The notes below the pieces were generated by a model. That model had not been told where the DNA came from and searched no databases. It saw only the letters and a program-made list of their open reading frames with translations. From a virus (Duplodnaviria > Heunggongvirae > Uroviricota > Caudoviricetes), in IMG/VR virus record IMGVR_UViG_2534681978_000011, positions 1-5,627 of that record: a stretch of 5,627 nt of DNA, one strand, 5' to 3'. Below are positions 1 to 5,627 of the stretch, piece by piece. Positions within the stretch are counted from its first letter, which is position 1; the number at the start of each line of letters is the position of its first letter. A program made the translations under genes and the position numbers.

Positions 1-23
1 TGCTGGTCAGCTATCAAGTACAG

Positions 24-131
24 TCATAGTCCTACGTACTTGAGCCTACGGAGTCCCTGAGACTGCCAGCGTTCAATCGTCCGCGGGTCCACGTTGAAAA
101 TTTCGGCAAGCCTCTTTTTATTAACCTTCAT
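24..131 (-). pseudogene. nohA: Small terminase subunit (Nu1/NohA-type), N-terminal fragment only; frame closes after 35 codons
   Basis: Minus-strand ATG at 131-129 gives [27 protein letters not shown], matching the N-terminus of NohA/NohB-type small terminases as I recall them (lambda Nu1 begins MEVNKKQLADIF). After about codon 27 the translation (RRLKYVGL, stop at 26-24) no longer resembles terminase. It sits directly downstream of the cos site, as in lambda. Confidence 0.5.
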
Positions 132-149
132 GAAAACAACCCATTATCA

Positions 150-380
150 AATACAAAGGCCCCGACATGAAAACGCCAGAAAAAGGCATTTTCGGACACT
201 TTCATGTCGGACCTTTACGGATGCAATATTAAAAAAAACAAAAAGTTATATTCGAGAAGTACCGACACGATTTTCCCTGAAAAATTTTCATAAATAGTGA
301 AAAACCGCGAGGTCGCCGCCCCGTAACCTGTCGGATCGCCGGAAAGGACCCACCAAAAATGATAATGATTGTCAAATACG
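150..380 (-). other. cos packaging site: cosB R-element inverted repeat (163-173 / 200-210), A/T-rich IHF-like tract (about 228-250), cosN cohesive-end sequence (310-321), cosQ-proximal segment (about 322-376)
   Basis: Minus strand reads ACGGGGCGGCGACCTCGCGGTTTTTCACTATTTATGAAAATTTTTC, near-identical to the lambda left end GGGCGGCGACCTCGCGGGTTTTCGCTATTTATGAAAATTTTCC. The upstream segment GGTCCTTTCCGGCGATCCGACAGGTTACG matches the lambda right end. A perfect 11-bp inverted repeat CCGACATGAAA / TTTCATGTCGG sits between cosN and the terminase ATG, like the lambda R2/R1 elements. Confidence 0.75.
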
Positions 381-446
381 TTTATCACACTGATATTCAG
401 AATCACTACTGAAAGACTCCCTTTGTGGTGCGCGAGGGATGCGCAT

Positions 447-473
447 AAAAAAACCACCAGCAAATGCCAGTGG
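447..473 (-). terminator. Rho-independent terminator downstream of the moron ORF
   Basis: Minus-strand RNA: 8-bp stem CCACUGGC / GCUGGUGG (two G-U pairs), 4-nt loop AUUU, then a run of 7 U (forward A-run 447-453). It lies 61 nt after the stop of the 534-938 ORF. Confidence 0.5.
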
Positions 474-533
474 CTAAAGATATTCATTGCGAATAACCAT
501 CACAAAACAACTTAACTCGTGAGGGTAGAAATT

Positions 534-938
534 TTACTCGAGGCCAAATTTCTTCTTTAAATAGGCCTTCGTTAACTCCAGCCCAACATCTTTGATTGTA
601 CTCAAAGGGGCATCGCTCATTGACTTTAATTTCTCAAAAACCGTAGGTTCATTTAATGCCTGGGCGAATTCTTGTCCCTGCGCAGATAGTCGCACGTCGG
701 TACCCATATCTAGCATATGGCCACAATGGCGCATGTAGCCCAGTTTAGTTATGTCATCCGTTATTAGATCTTTATTACTGATATAACCTTGCTCAATAAG
801 AAGTAGATAATGAAACATCCCTTCATTCGAGCAGATATCGTACCCCGCATTAGCTAAGTCTTTTGTAGATATAAAGGGAGTTTTCGCTTTCAAAAATACC
901 TCAAGCATCCCCTTCATGTATTCTAAATTTTTAACCAC
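534..938 (-). CDS. Hypothetical protein, 134 aa, AT-rich moron; possible winged-helix-like DNA-binding fold (inference only)
   Basis: ORF in the six-frame track. GTG start at 938-936 is preceded by a consensus Shine-Dalgarno (TAAGGAGGT, 5 nt spacing). GC content is visibly lower than the flanking lambda-like genes. Followed by its own terminator (447-473). Segment KTPFISTKDLAN...FHYLLLIEQGYIS resembles a wHTH recognition-helix pattern. No confident family assignment. Confidence 0.7.
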   Translation of the reverse strand: MVKNLEYMKGMLEVFLKAKTPFISTKDLANAGYDICSNEGMFHYLLLIEQGYISNKDLITDDITKLGYMRHCGHMLDMGTDVRLSAQGQEFAQALNEPTVFEKLKSMSDAPLSTIKDVGLELTKAYLKKKFGLE

Positions 939-1073
939 AAAAACCTCCTTAGGATAATTGGAGGTCTAGAATACCGTTTGCAAGCACGTTGATAAATCAT
1001 TATCACAGGCACTCAATGAATGCCTGCTGTAATTGCGTACGGTAATGAACGTAAAAAACCGCCCGAGGTATAT

Positions 1074-1298
1074 TTAGACATTAGATGGCGCTTTGTCAGT
1101 ATAGACCCGGTACGCCCTGACAAACATCCCGTTACATTCAGAGTCCGCCTTGATATACGCCAATTCGTAACCCCGATGCTTTAGCTCTTCACGAGCTCTT
1201 TTCTCTTCCTTAGCCATGAAGTTAAGATCTTTAATTTCTGAGTAGGTATATGTTCCCACTATAAAATCTCTGCCTGGCCGTCCATTTATCAGTTCCAT
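1074..1298 (-). CDS. Hypothetical phage protein, 74 aa
   Basis: The 96-aa track ORF begins at a TTG. The first in-frame ATG (1298-1296) has a strong SD (GGGAGGA, 5 nt upstream), giving MELINGRPGRDFIVGTYTYSEIKDL... No recognisable family. Confidence 0.55.
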   Translation of the reverse strand: MELINGRPGRDFIVGTYTYSEIKDLNFMAKEEKRAREELKHRGYELAYIKADSECNGMFVRAYRVYTDKAPSNV

Positions 1299-1391
1299 GT
1301 GTCCTCCCAAAAAGTTGGTAGTCAGAACATACCATGCTAAGCGAGGTGAAAGCACCTTTATCAAGCCCCCCGCAGATAGACTTTGTAATGG

Positions 1392-1679
1392 CTACTTCTT
1401 CAGAAATGATTCGATGAACTCACGCCGGGGATGACGATAGTTCAGAATATCTTCTGGCATCCTCATAAAGCGGTTGTTGCCGTCTTTGGCAGTAACGAAA
1501 CAGCAGTGAACTCCGCAGACATCCGTTTTGATCGTGTCGCCATACTCAAAAAGCAACTGCGCCATCTTCTCTTGCCATTCTTGCGGCATAGCCTCCATGA
1601 ATACTCTCGGCATCACGCAGAACGACGCATGCGTCAGGCCAAACCACAATTGCAGGTCTTTACGATATTCTTCATCCAT
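1392..1679 (-). CDS. Hypothetical phage protein, 95 aa, Cys-containing (C-x33-C-x3-CC)
   Basis: The 135-aa track ORF begins at a TTG and its N-terminal extension runs through a terminator-like hairpin. The in-frame ATG at 1679-1677 has an AAGG/AGGT SD 8-9 nt upstream, giving MDEEYRKDLQLWFGLTHASFCVMP... Function unknown. Confidence 0.55.
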   Translation of the reverse strand: MDEEYRKDLQLWFGLTHASFCVMPRVFMEAMPQEWQEKMAQLLFEYGDTIKTDVCGVHCCFVTAKDGNNRFMRMPEDILNYRHPRREFIESFLKK

Positions 1680-1696
1680 CGTCTTTACCTTTGTTG

Positions 1697-1723
1697 CAAT
1701 AAAAAGCCCCGCGAATGCGAGGC
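1697..1723 (-). terminator. Candidate rho-independent terminator or RNA hairpin between the spanin region and the 95-aa gene
   Basis: Minus-strand RNA: 7-bp stem GCCUCGC / GCGGGGC (one G-U), loop AUUC, followed by UUUUUAUU. Confidence 0.4.
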
Positions 1724-1758
1724 TAAATCCTGGTGTTTGTGATGAACTGGCTCTTATC

Positions 1759-1911
1759 TCAACGCAGCCCCTTACCGCGCGCCAGATGCTCAACTTCAAG
1801 CATCAGCAATGAGATGTTTAATCTGGATTCACTCCAGAAGTGATCACCACCCTGTCTACAGAGCCAGATGTGAAGGATGATAAGTAAAATTATCGCTATC
1901 ATCGAAGGCAT
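1759..1911 (-). CDS. Candidate small membrane protein, 50 aa (low confidence; may just be the out-of-frame tail of the frameshifted Rz region)
   Basis: ATG at 1911-1909 with AGGA 5 nt upstream. Product MPSMIAIILLIILHIWLCRQGG... has one hydrophobic helix-like segment. It overlaps the reconstructed Rz stop. Confidence 0.2.
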   Translation of the reverse strand: MPSMIAIILLIILHIWLCRQGGDHFWSESRLNISLLMLEVEHLARGKGLR

Positions 1912-2341
1912 TGCGTCCTGATGTATTCCTGAAGCGTTCTCAAACTGCGCGGTTATCCTGTCGATTCCACTTCGGAGACGGTAATAATTGAGTTCAGCAT
2001 CTGCTGTAAGTCTTGGGCTTTCTCCATCGCCCATGCTGCTGGCGTCCGGTCCGTTAGACTTTGCACAGGTGGCGGCGAACTTGCAGGCGCTTACGACCAG
2101 CAGAAACATCAGCACGGAGACTTTCGATAGTCGCATTAGCATCAGCAAGCTCCTTTGTATATCTGGCATCGAGTTCTGCTACGTCACGTTGACGCTTCTG
2201 CATGTCAGCGATGATGGATGTGGCTTTATCTCGCTGCTCTTTGTAGGCGATGGCGTTATCACGGTAATGATTAACAGCCCATAACAGGCAGACGATGATG
2301 CAGATAACCAGAGCGGAGATAATCGCGGTGACTCTGCTCAT
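1899..2341 (-). pseudogene. Rz: Rz inner-membrane spanin (i-spanin), disrupted by two +1 frameshifts in the sequence as given
   Basis: N-terminal 87 aa (frame of the ATG at 2341, [19 protein letters not shown]...AGRKRLQ) closely match lambda Rz, then stop at 2056-2054. The middle segment (ASSMGDGESPRLTADAELNYYRLRSGIDRITAQ, matching lambda ASGVDNAASPRLADTAERDYFTLRERLITMQ) is in the next frame. The C-terminus (LRTLQEYIRTQCLR-stop, matching lambda TQKYINEQCR-stop) is in the third frame, ending at 1901-1899. Removing one nt near 2081-2082 and one near 1942-1944 restores a 146-aa Rz. Confidence 0.75.
1953..2142 (-). pseudogene. Rz1: Rz1 outer-membrane lipoprotein spanin (o-spanin), embedded in Rz, disrupted by the first frameshift
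   Basis: ATG at 2142 with SD AAAGGAG. Signal peptide plus lipobox [20 protein letters not shown] (lambda: MLKLKMMLCVMMLPLVVVGC). The Pro-rich mature part ([19 protein letters not shown]...NSIITVSEVESTG, stop 1955-1953) is in the adjacent frame. The same 1-nt correction near 2081-2082 rejoins both Rz and Rz1. Confidence 0.7.
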
Positions 2342-2814
2342 ACCTCAATCTCTCTGACCGTTCCGCCAGCCTCTTTGAATTTTGCAATCAGGCTGTCAGC
2401 CTTATGCTCGAACTGACCATAACCAGCGCCCGGCAGTGAAGCCCAGATATTGCTGCAACGGTCGATAGCCTGACGGATATCACCGCGATCAATCATCGGT
2501 AAAGCGCCACGCTCTTTAATCTGCTGCAATGCCACAGCGTCCTGGCTTTTGGGAGAGAAATCTTTCAGGCCAAGCTGCTTACGATAGGCATCCCACCAAC
2601 GGGAAAGAAGCTGGTAACGTCCGGCGGCTGTTGATTTGAGTTTGGGGTTTAGCGTGACAAGTTTGCGAGGGTGATCAGAGTAATCAGTGAATAGCTCTCC
2701 GCCTACAATGACGTCATAACCATGATTTCTGGTTTTCTGTCGTCCGTTATCAGTCCCCTCTGACCACGCCAGCATATCGAGGAACGCCTTACGTTGATTA
2801 TTGATTTCCACCAT
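2338..2814 (-). CDS. R: Endolysin R (lambda-type lytic transglycosylase), 158 aa
   Basis: Protein [61 protein letters not shown]... is essentially identical to lambda R as recalled. ATGA overlap with the Rz start. Overlaps the S 3' end as in lambda. Confidence 0.95.
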   Translation of the reverse strand: MVEINNQRKAFLDMLAWSEGTDNGRQKTRNHGYDVIVGGELFTDYSDHPRKLVTLNPKLKSTAAGRYQLLSRWWDAYRKQLGLKDFSPKSQDAVALQQIKERGALPMIDRGDIRQAIDRCSNIWASLPGAGYGQFEHKADSLIAKFKEAGGTVREIEV

Positions 2815-3121
2815 CTTCTACTCCGGCTTTTTTAGCAGCGACGCGTTTGATAAGCGAACCAATCGAGTCAGTGCCGATGTAGCCGATGAACACGCTCGTT
2901 ATATAAGCGAGATTGCTACTTAGTCCGGCGAAGTCGAGAAGGTCACGAATGAACCAGGCGATAATGGCGCACATCGTTGCGTCGATTACTGTTTTTGTAA
3001 ACGCACCGCCATTATATCTGCCGCGAAGGTACGCCATTGCAAACGCAAGGATTGCCCCGATGCCTTGTTCCTTTGCCGCGAGAATGGCGGCTAACAGGTC
3101 ATGTTTTTCTGGCATCTTCAT
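2798..3121 (-). CDS. S: Holin S (lambda class I holin with dual-start motif MKMPEK: S107 antiholin / S105 holin), 107 aa
   Basis: Protein [64 protein letters not shown]... matches lambda S. The GGGGG SD and upstream leader match lambda. Confidence 0.95.
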   Translation of the reverse strand: MKMPEKHDLLAAILAAKEQGIGAILAFAMAYLRGRYNGGAFTKTVIDATMCAIIAWFIRDLLDFAGLSSNLAYITSVFIGYIGTDSIGSLIKRVAAKKAGVEDGGNQ

Positions 3122-3363
3122 GTCTTACCCCCAATAAGGGGATTTGCTCTATTTAATTAGGAATAAGGTCGATTACTGATAGAACAAATCCAGGCTACTG
3201 TGTTTAGTAATCAGATTTGTTCGTGACCGATATGCACGAGCAAAACGGCATGAGGTTGTTAGCGCAGCCTCTTGCCACCCGCTTTCACGAAGGTCATGTT
3301 TAGAAGGCCGCAGCGTAACTATCACTGATGAATTCAGGATAGCCAGTGGCTACGGCTCAGTTA
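3122..3363 (-). other. Lambda-type late leader upstream of S, including the S translational-control region
   Basis: Minus strand CTGAGCCGTAGCCACTGGCTATCCTGAATTCATCAGTGATAGTTACGCTGCGGCC...GATTACTAAACACAGTAGCCTGGATTTGTTCTATCAGTAATCGACCTTATTCCTAATTAAATAGAGCAAATCCCCTTATTGGGGGTAAGACATGAAGATG closely matches the lambda sequence preceding S as recalled. Confidence 0.7.
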
Positions 3364-3439
3364 TGGTGCTGGTTAACGGACTTGAACCGCTACCCATTCG
3401 CTTACAAGGCGACTGCTCTACCATTGGAGCTAAACCAGC
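3364..3439 (-). tRNA. tRNA-Thr (anticodon UGU), 76 nt including encoded CCA
   Basis: Manual cloverleaf on the minus strand: acceptor GCTGGTT/AACCAGC (7 bp perfect), D-arm GCTC-CAATGGTA-GAGC, anticodon loop CTTGTAA, T-arm AGCGG-TTCAAGT-CCGTT, discriminator A, CCA. Confidence 0.75.
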
Positions 3440-3444
3440 ATGTT

Positions 3445-3519
3445 TGGCGGGACAGCGTGGACTCGAACCACGATAAGAAGGTTAACAGCCTTCCGTAATG
3501 ACCTTTATACGACTGACCC
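3445..3519 (-). tRNA. tRNA-Asn-like (anticodon GUU), 75 nt including encoded CCA
   Basis: Manual cloverleaf on the minus strand: acceptor GGGTCAG/CTGTCCC (6 of 7 pairs, one U-U), D-loop AAAGGTCA, anticodon stem GAAGG/CCTTC with loop CTGTTAA (matches the E. coli tRNA-Asn loop), T-arm CGTGG-TTCGAGT-CCACG, discriminator G, CCA. Confidence 0.65.
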
Positions 3520-3564
3520 AAATAAAAAAGCCACCGTTGCAACTTAAGAGTCACTAACGGCAGC
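3520..3564 (-). terminator. Candidate tR'-like leader terminator immediately downstream of pR'
   Basis: Minus-strand RNA: 9-bp stem GCUGCCGUU / AACGGUGGC (two G-U pairs, so the hairpin is strand-specific), 17-nt loop, followed by UUUUUUAUUU. It ends 1 nt before the tRNA-Asn 5' end. Confidence 0.4.
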
Positions 3565-3574
3565 TTACCTGCTA

Positions 3575-3604
3575 ATTATGGCTAAATGGCTAATTGCATG
3601 TCAA
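3575..3604 (-). promoter_or_regulatory. Late promoter pR'-like sigma-70 promoter (-35 TTGACA, 18-nt spacer, -10 CATAAT), overlapping the last codons of Q
   Basis: Minus strand: TTGACA (3604-3599), 18-nt spacer, CATAAT (3580-3575). The -35 is a perfect consensus, the -10 is 5/6. Position immediately 3' of the Q gene is as expected for a lambdoid late promoter with its Q-utilisation site. Confidence 0.55.
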
Positions 3605-4100
3605 GGCTTTTAACAGCAACATGCTTAACTTTCTCAACACGTTTACGCATTTTGAAAGCATTTTGCATTGGCTGGTACAAAACAAATAACGACGCTTTCA
3701 GGATGTCGTCAATTTCGTTTCTACAGGTTGCCAGTGAAGGTTTTCTCCATCCCTCGCCACCACGTCCACACATCTTGCGTGGCTTTGCAGTCGCGTGATA
3801 GTAGGATGCAATTGCTCGCTTAGATGAACCATGAGCGTAGTAGCTGAGGAGGATGCCAAAGGCTTTCTTGTCAATGTACATGACGGAATCGACGACCTGA
3901 GAAATCAACATTCCATCATCATCATTACACATTGGCCTTGTCATAATTCTTCCCGGCTCTACGCTCTCCATGAACTTCGCTATTACGCTGCTCATGCGCT
4001 TTTCCAGACGACCTGAATAAACCCATGCGCCCCACAGTTCAAGCCAGCCATTCAGCCACTCATGCTGTTCTTTGGTGAGGTTTAGTTCTCTTATGCCCAT
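3582..4100 (-). CDS. Q: Late-gene antiterminator Q (phage-82 / DLP12 QuuD-like family, not lambda-Q type), 172 aa
   Basis: Position between ninI and the late promoter/lysis genes. Motifs [21 protein letters not shown] and [10 protein letters not shown] parallel QuuD-type Q proteins as recalled (LERWGAW, RPQCCDDDAMII, LLVDYYVVG). SD GGGAGAAGG before the ATG at 4100. Confidence 0.8.
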   Translation of the reverse strand: MGIRELNLTKEQHEWLNGWLELWGAWVYSGRLEKRMSSVIAKFMESVEPGRIMTRPMCNDDDGMLISQVVDSVMYIDKKAFGILLSYYAHGSSKRAIASYYHATAKPRKMCGRGGEGWRKPSLATCRNEIDDILKASLFVLYQPMQNAFKMRKRVEKVKHVAVKSLDMQLAI

Positions 4101-4762
4101 GCGCCTTCTCCCTGTACCTGAATCAATGTGAGGTTTCCGCAGAACACTGCTCCGGTATCGATATACATTTGGTTGGCAAATTTAAGTGGTTTCACTGCTG
4201 GCGTATGACCAAAGATGAACGTGTCCGCGCCTTTGATTTCTTTCACGATCCCGTCTTGTGAGTTGCTGATTCGTTCGCGGTTCCAGATTACCTGCTGATG
4301 ATCAACTGGCTTTCCAAACTCGTATTCGTCACAAGGATAATCGGCGTGGCAGATGACATATTTTTTACCTTCGCTCACCAGTTCGATGATTAACGGAAGT
4401 TCATCTGCTTTATGAGCAAGAGCTTTAGCCAGAATTTCTTTGTCGTAATCGAGATTAAAGAACCAGCCACCGCCATTAAGCATCCAGTGATTGACGTTTC
4501 CGCGCTCTGATAAGCCATCAATCATCATTTGCTCATGGTTTCCACGTACAGCTCGGAACCAGGGGAATGTGATTAATTCCAGACATTCGACGTTCTCTGT
4601 ACCGCGATCGACCAAATCGCCAACCGAGATAAGCAGGTCTTTTTTGGTGTCGAATCCTATCGTCTCCAGTTTTTTCATCAGGTTCGTGTAGCATCCGTGC
4701 AGATCGCCAACTACCCAAATATTTCGGTATTTGCTGCCATCAATTTTTTCGTAATAGCGCAT
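4091..4762 (-). CDS. ninI: Ser/Thr protein phosphatase (lambda PPase, NinI / ORF221 homologue), 223 aa
   Basis: From the ATG at 4762 (SD GGAGTGAAAGAG) the protein [29 protein letters not shown]...GNHE... matches lambda phosphatase with the metallophosphatase motifs GDLHG, GDLVDRG and GNHE. The 248-aa track ORF has a 25-codon upstream extension overlapping ninH. Confidence 0.9.
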   Translation of the reverse strand: MRYYEKIDGSKYRNIWVVGDLHGCYTNLMKKLETIGFDTKKDLLISVGDLVDRGTENVECLELITFPWFRAVRGNHEQMMIDGLSERGNVNHWMLNGGGWFFNLDYDKEILAKALAHKADELPLIIELVSEGKKYVICHADYPCDEYEFGKPVDHQQVIWNRERISNSQDGIVKEIKGADTFIFGHTPAVKPLKFANQMYIDTGAVFCGNLTLIQVQGEGAWA

Positions 4763-4946
4763 CTCTTTCACTCCATCCGCGATGAACCATGAGAACGTCG
4801 TTGACGATGGCGTGCATTTTCCCGTCTTTATCATCAACGTATTTTCTGACCGTACCGCGACTACATTTCAGTCTGCGTGCTACTTCTGTCTGGTTTCCGT
4901 ATGCTTCAACGAGCATGTCTGGAATGGTTTTTACTGAGAACGTCAT
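4740..4946 (-). CDS. ninH: NinH, 68 aa
   Basis: [68 protein letters not shown] matches lambda NinH. ATGA start/stop overlap with ninG. Confidence 0.9.
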   Translation of the reverse strand: MTFSVKTIPDMLVEAYGNQTEVARRLKCSRGTVRKYVDDKDGKMHAIVNDVLMVHRGWSERDALLRKN

Positions 4947-5554
4947 GCGGCCTCACTTCTGCTATTTCGCAGGTCTTTGAGTTTCTGCTGATACTCCGCC
5001 TTGATGGCCCTGCACTCTTCGACAGTCCAGCGATGGCGGTTATGGTTTGATTCGATTTCGTCTACTGCTTCCTGCCCGATGCGATTAATCAGTTCGACGC
5101 GATACGGAACGAGATTTCCGCTTTTGTGCTGGTTGCACACCACGCATTGCTTGTGAATATTGCGTTCATCAAATCGGAGTTGAGGTGCCGCAGCAGTTGT
5201 CCGGTAATGTCCGGCATCCCACTGAGCAGACGTGAGCGTTCCGCACGAGATACATGGTAAGTCGCGGTCTCTTTCTCTGATGAAGGCGTTTACGGCTTGT
5301 TGGGCTTGTTTAATCCAGTAACTGCGGGGCTTTAAGGCGAGTTTTCGAATCTTAAGTTTATCTTTCTGTTTCTGCTCCTCTCGTCGTCGTTTCTTCTCTG
5401 CTGCTTTTTCCGCTTTTTCGCGTTCTTTGCTTCGTCGTTCGAGTGCTATCTTGGTTCCACACTCTGGAGAGCACCACCACTGATTAGCGAATGCAGGGTG
5501 AAACCATTCCCGACATTCATCGTTTTTACATCGTCTTCGCGCTGGTTTAGCCAT
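4943..5554 (-). CDS. ninG: NinG (Rap recombination-associated structure-specific endonuclease), 203 aa
   Basis: [50 protein letters not shown]... matches lambda NinG across its length. SD GAGGAAG upstream of the ATG at 5554. Confidence 0.9.
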   Translation of the reverse strand: MAKPARRRCKNDECREWFHPAFANQWWCSPECGTKIALERRSKEREKAEKAAEKKRRREEQKQKDKLKIRKLALKPRSYWIKQAQQAVNAFIRERDRDLPCISCGTLTSAQWDAGHYRTTAAAPQLRFDERNIHKQCVVCNQHKSGNLVPYRVELINRIGQEAVDEIESNHNRHRWTVEECRAIKAEYQQKLKDLRNSRSEAA

Positions 5555-5627
5555 CGTCTTCTTCCTCGTACATTGAGCTATTCGGATCGCTCATCAGTTC
5601 TGCGCAGCAGTGCTCACACACGTGAAC
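5547..5627 (-). CDS. ninF: NinF, 3' partial (N-terminus lies beyond the window end)
   Basis: Minus-strand translation [26 protein letters not shown]-stop matches the lambda NinF C-terminus. Its stop overlaps the ninG start. Confidence 0.7.
   Translation of the reverse strand, partial: VHVCEHCCAELMSDPNSSMYEEEDDG

Noticed and set aside
94-297. Plus-strand 67-aa ORF
   Set aside because: TTG start, no SD, highly basic low-complexity product, and it lies across the cosB R-element repeat and A/T tract of the cos site.
356-376. Fur-box-like sequence (GATAATGAT core; about 13/19 match to GATAATGATAATCATTATC), and a similar one at 989-1007
   Set aside because: The match is partial. The 356-376 copy is in the conserved cos region, where the corresponding lambda right-end sequence is nearly the same, so iron regulation is unlikely to be its role. 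Kept only as a generic palindromic motif.
215-487. Minus-strand 90-aa ORF
   Set aside because: It spans cosN and the cosQ-proximal segment, which are non-coding in lambda. Weak SD and an odd hydrophobic, low-complexity product. Most likely a chance ORF.
1680-1799. TTG-initiated N-terminal extensions of the 135-aa (1392-1799) and 96-aa (1074-1364) track ORFs
   Set aside because: Both start at TTG without an SD, the extensions read through a terminator hairpin or low-complexity sequence, and a well-placed ATG with SD exists downstream.
1431-1812. Plus-strand ORFs 1431-1742 and 1528-1812
   Set aside because: Antisense shadow ORFs of the 95-aa gene region, with no start context.
1940-2090. Programmed ribosomal frameshifting as an explanation for the Rz frame changes
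   Set aside because: No slippery heptamer or downstream structure is visible at either site, and intact Rz homologues are single-frame. Indel mutation or sequencing error is the simpler explanation.
1988-2284. Plus-strand 98-aa ORF
   Set aside because: Antisense shadow of the Rz/Rz1 region, with no start context.
2913-3137. Plus-strand 74-aa ORF
   Set aside because: Antisense to the holin S gene, which is confidently coding.
3280-3363. Possible third, degenerate tRNA or stem (GCCGCAG...CTACGGC) next to tRNA-Thr
   Set aside because: No T-loop or anticodon arm could be folded. The segment matches the lambda late leader as recalled, so it is ordinary leader sequence.
3586-4016. Plus-strand ORFs 3586-3798 and 3831-4016
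   Set aside because: Antisense to Q, with no RBS and composition typical of shadow frames.
4763-4837. 25-codon upstream extension of the phosphatase ORF (track start at 4837)
   Set aside because: Lambda phosphatase starts at MRYYEK. The ATG at 4762 has a proper SD, and the extension overlaps ninH in another frame.
4491-4980. Plus-strand ORFs 4491-4691 and 4789-4980, and minus-strand alternative-frame ORF 4533-4718
   Set aside because: They overlap the confidently assigned ninI, ninH and ninG genes in other frames or strands, with no independent support.

Overview
All real genes are on the minus strand. The window is the right-arm late region of a lambdoid (lambda-like) phage or prophage, read in reverse. 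From high to low coordinates: 3' end of ninF, ninG, ninH, ninI (Ser/Thr phosphatase), a Q antiterminator of the phage-82/QuuD-like type, a near-consensus pR'-like promoter overlapping the Q 3' end, a short leader terminator, two tRNA genes (Asn-GUU, Thr-UGU), a lambda-type late leader, S holin, R endolysin, Rz/Rz1 spanins (disrupted by two 1-nt frameshifts in the sequence as given), two small hypothetical genes, an AT-rich single-gene moron with its own terminator, the cos site (cosQ-proximal segment, cosN, cosB), and the first codons of a NohA/Nu1-type small terminase whose frame closes after 35 codons. No CRISPR array, rRNA or transposase was seen. Product calls rest on recalled similarity to lambda and E. 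coli prophage proteins and on manual folding or translation; no database search was run. The most interesting points are the uncharacterised moron (534-938) flanked by an inverted 16-17 bp motif, the doubly frameshifted spanin pair beside an intact holin and endolysin, and the truncated terminase start.
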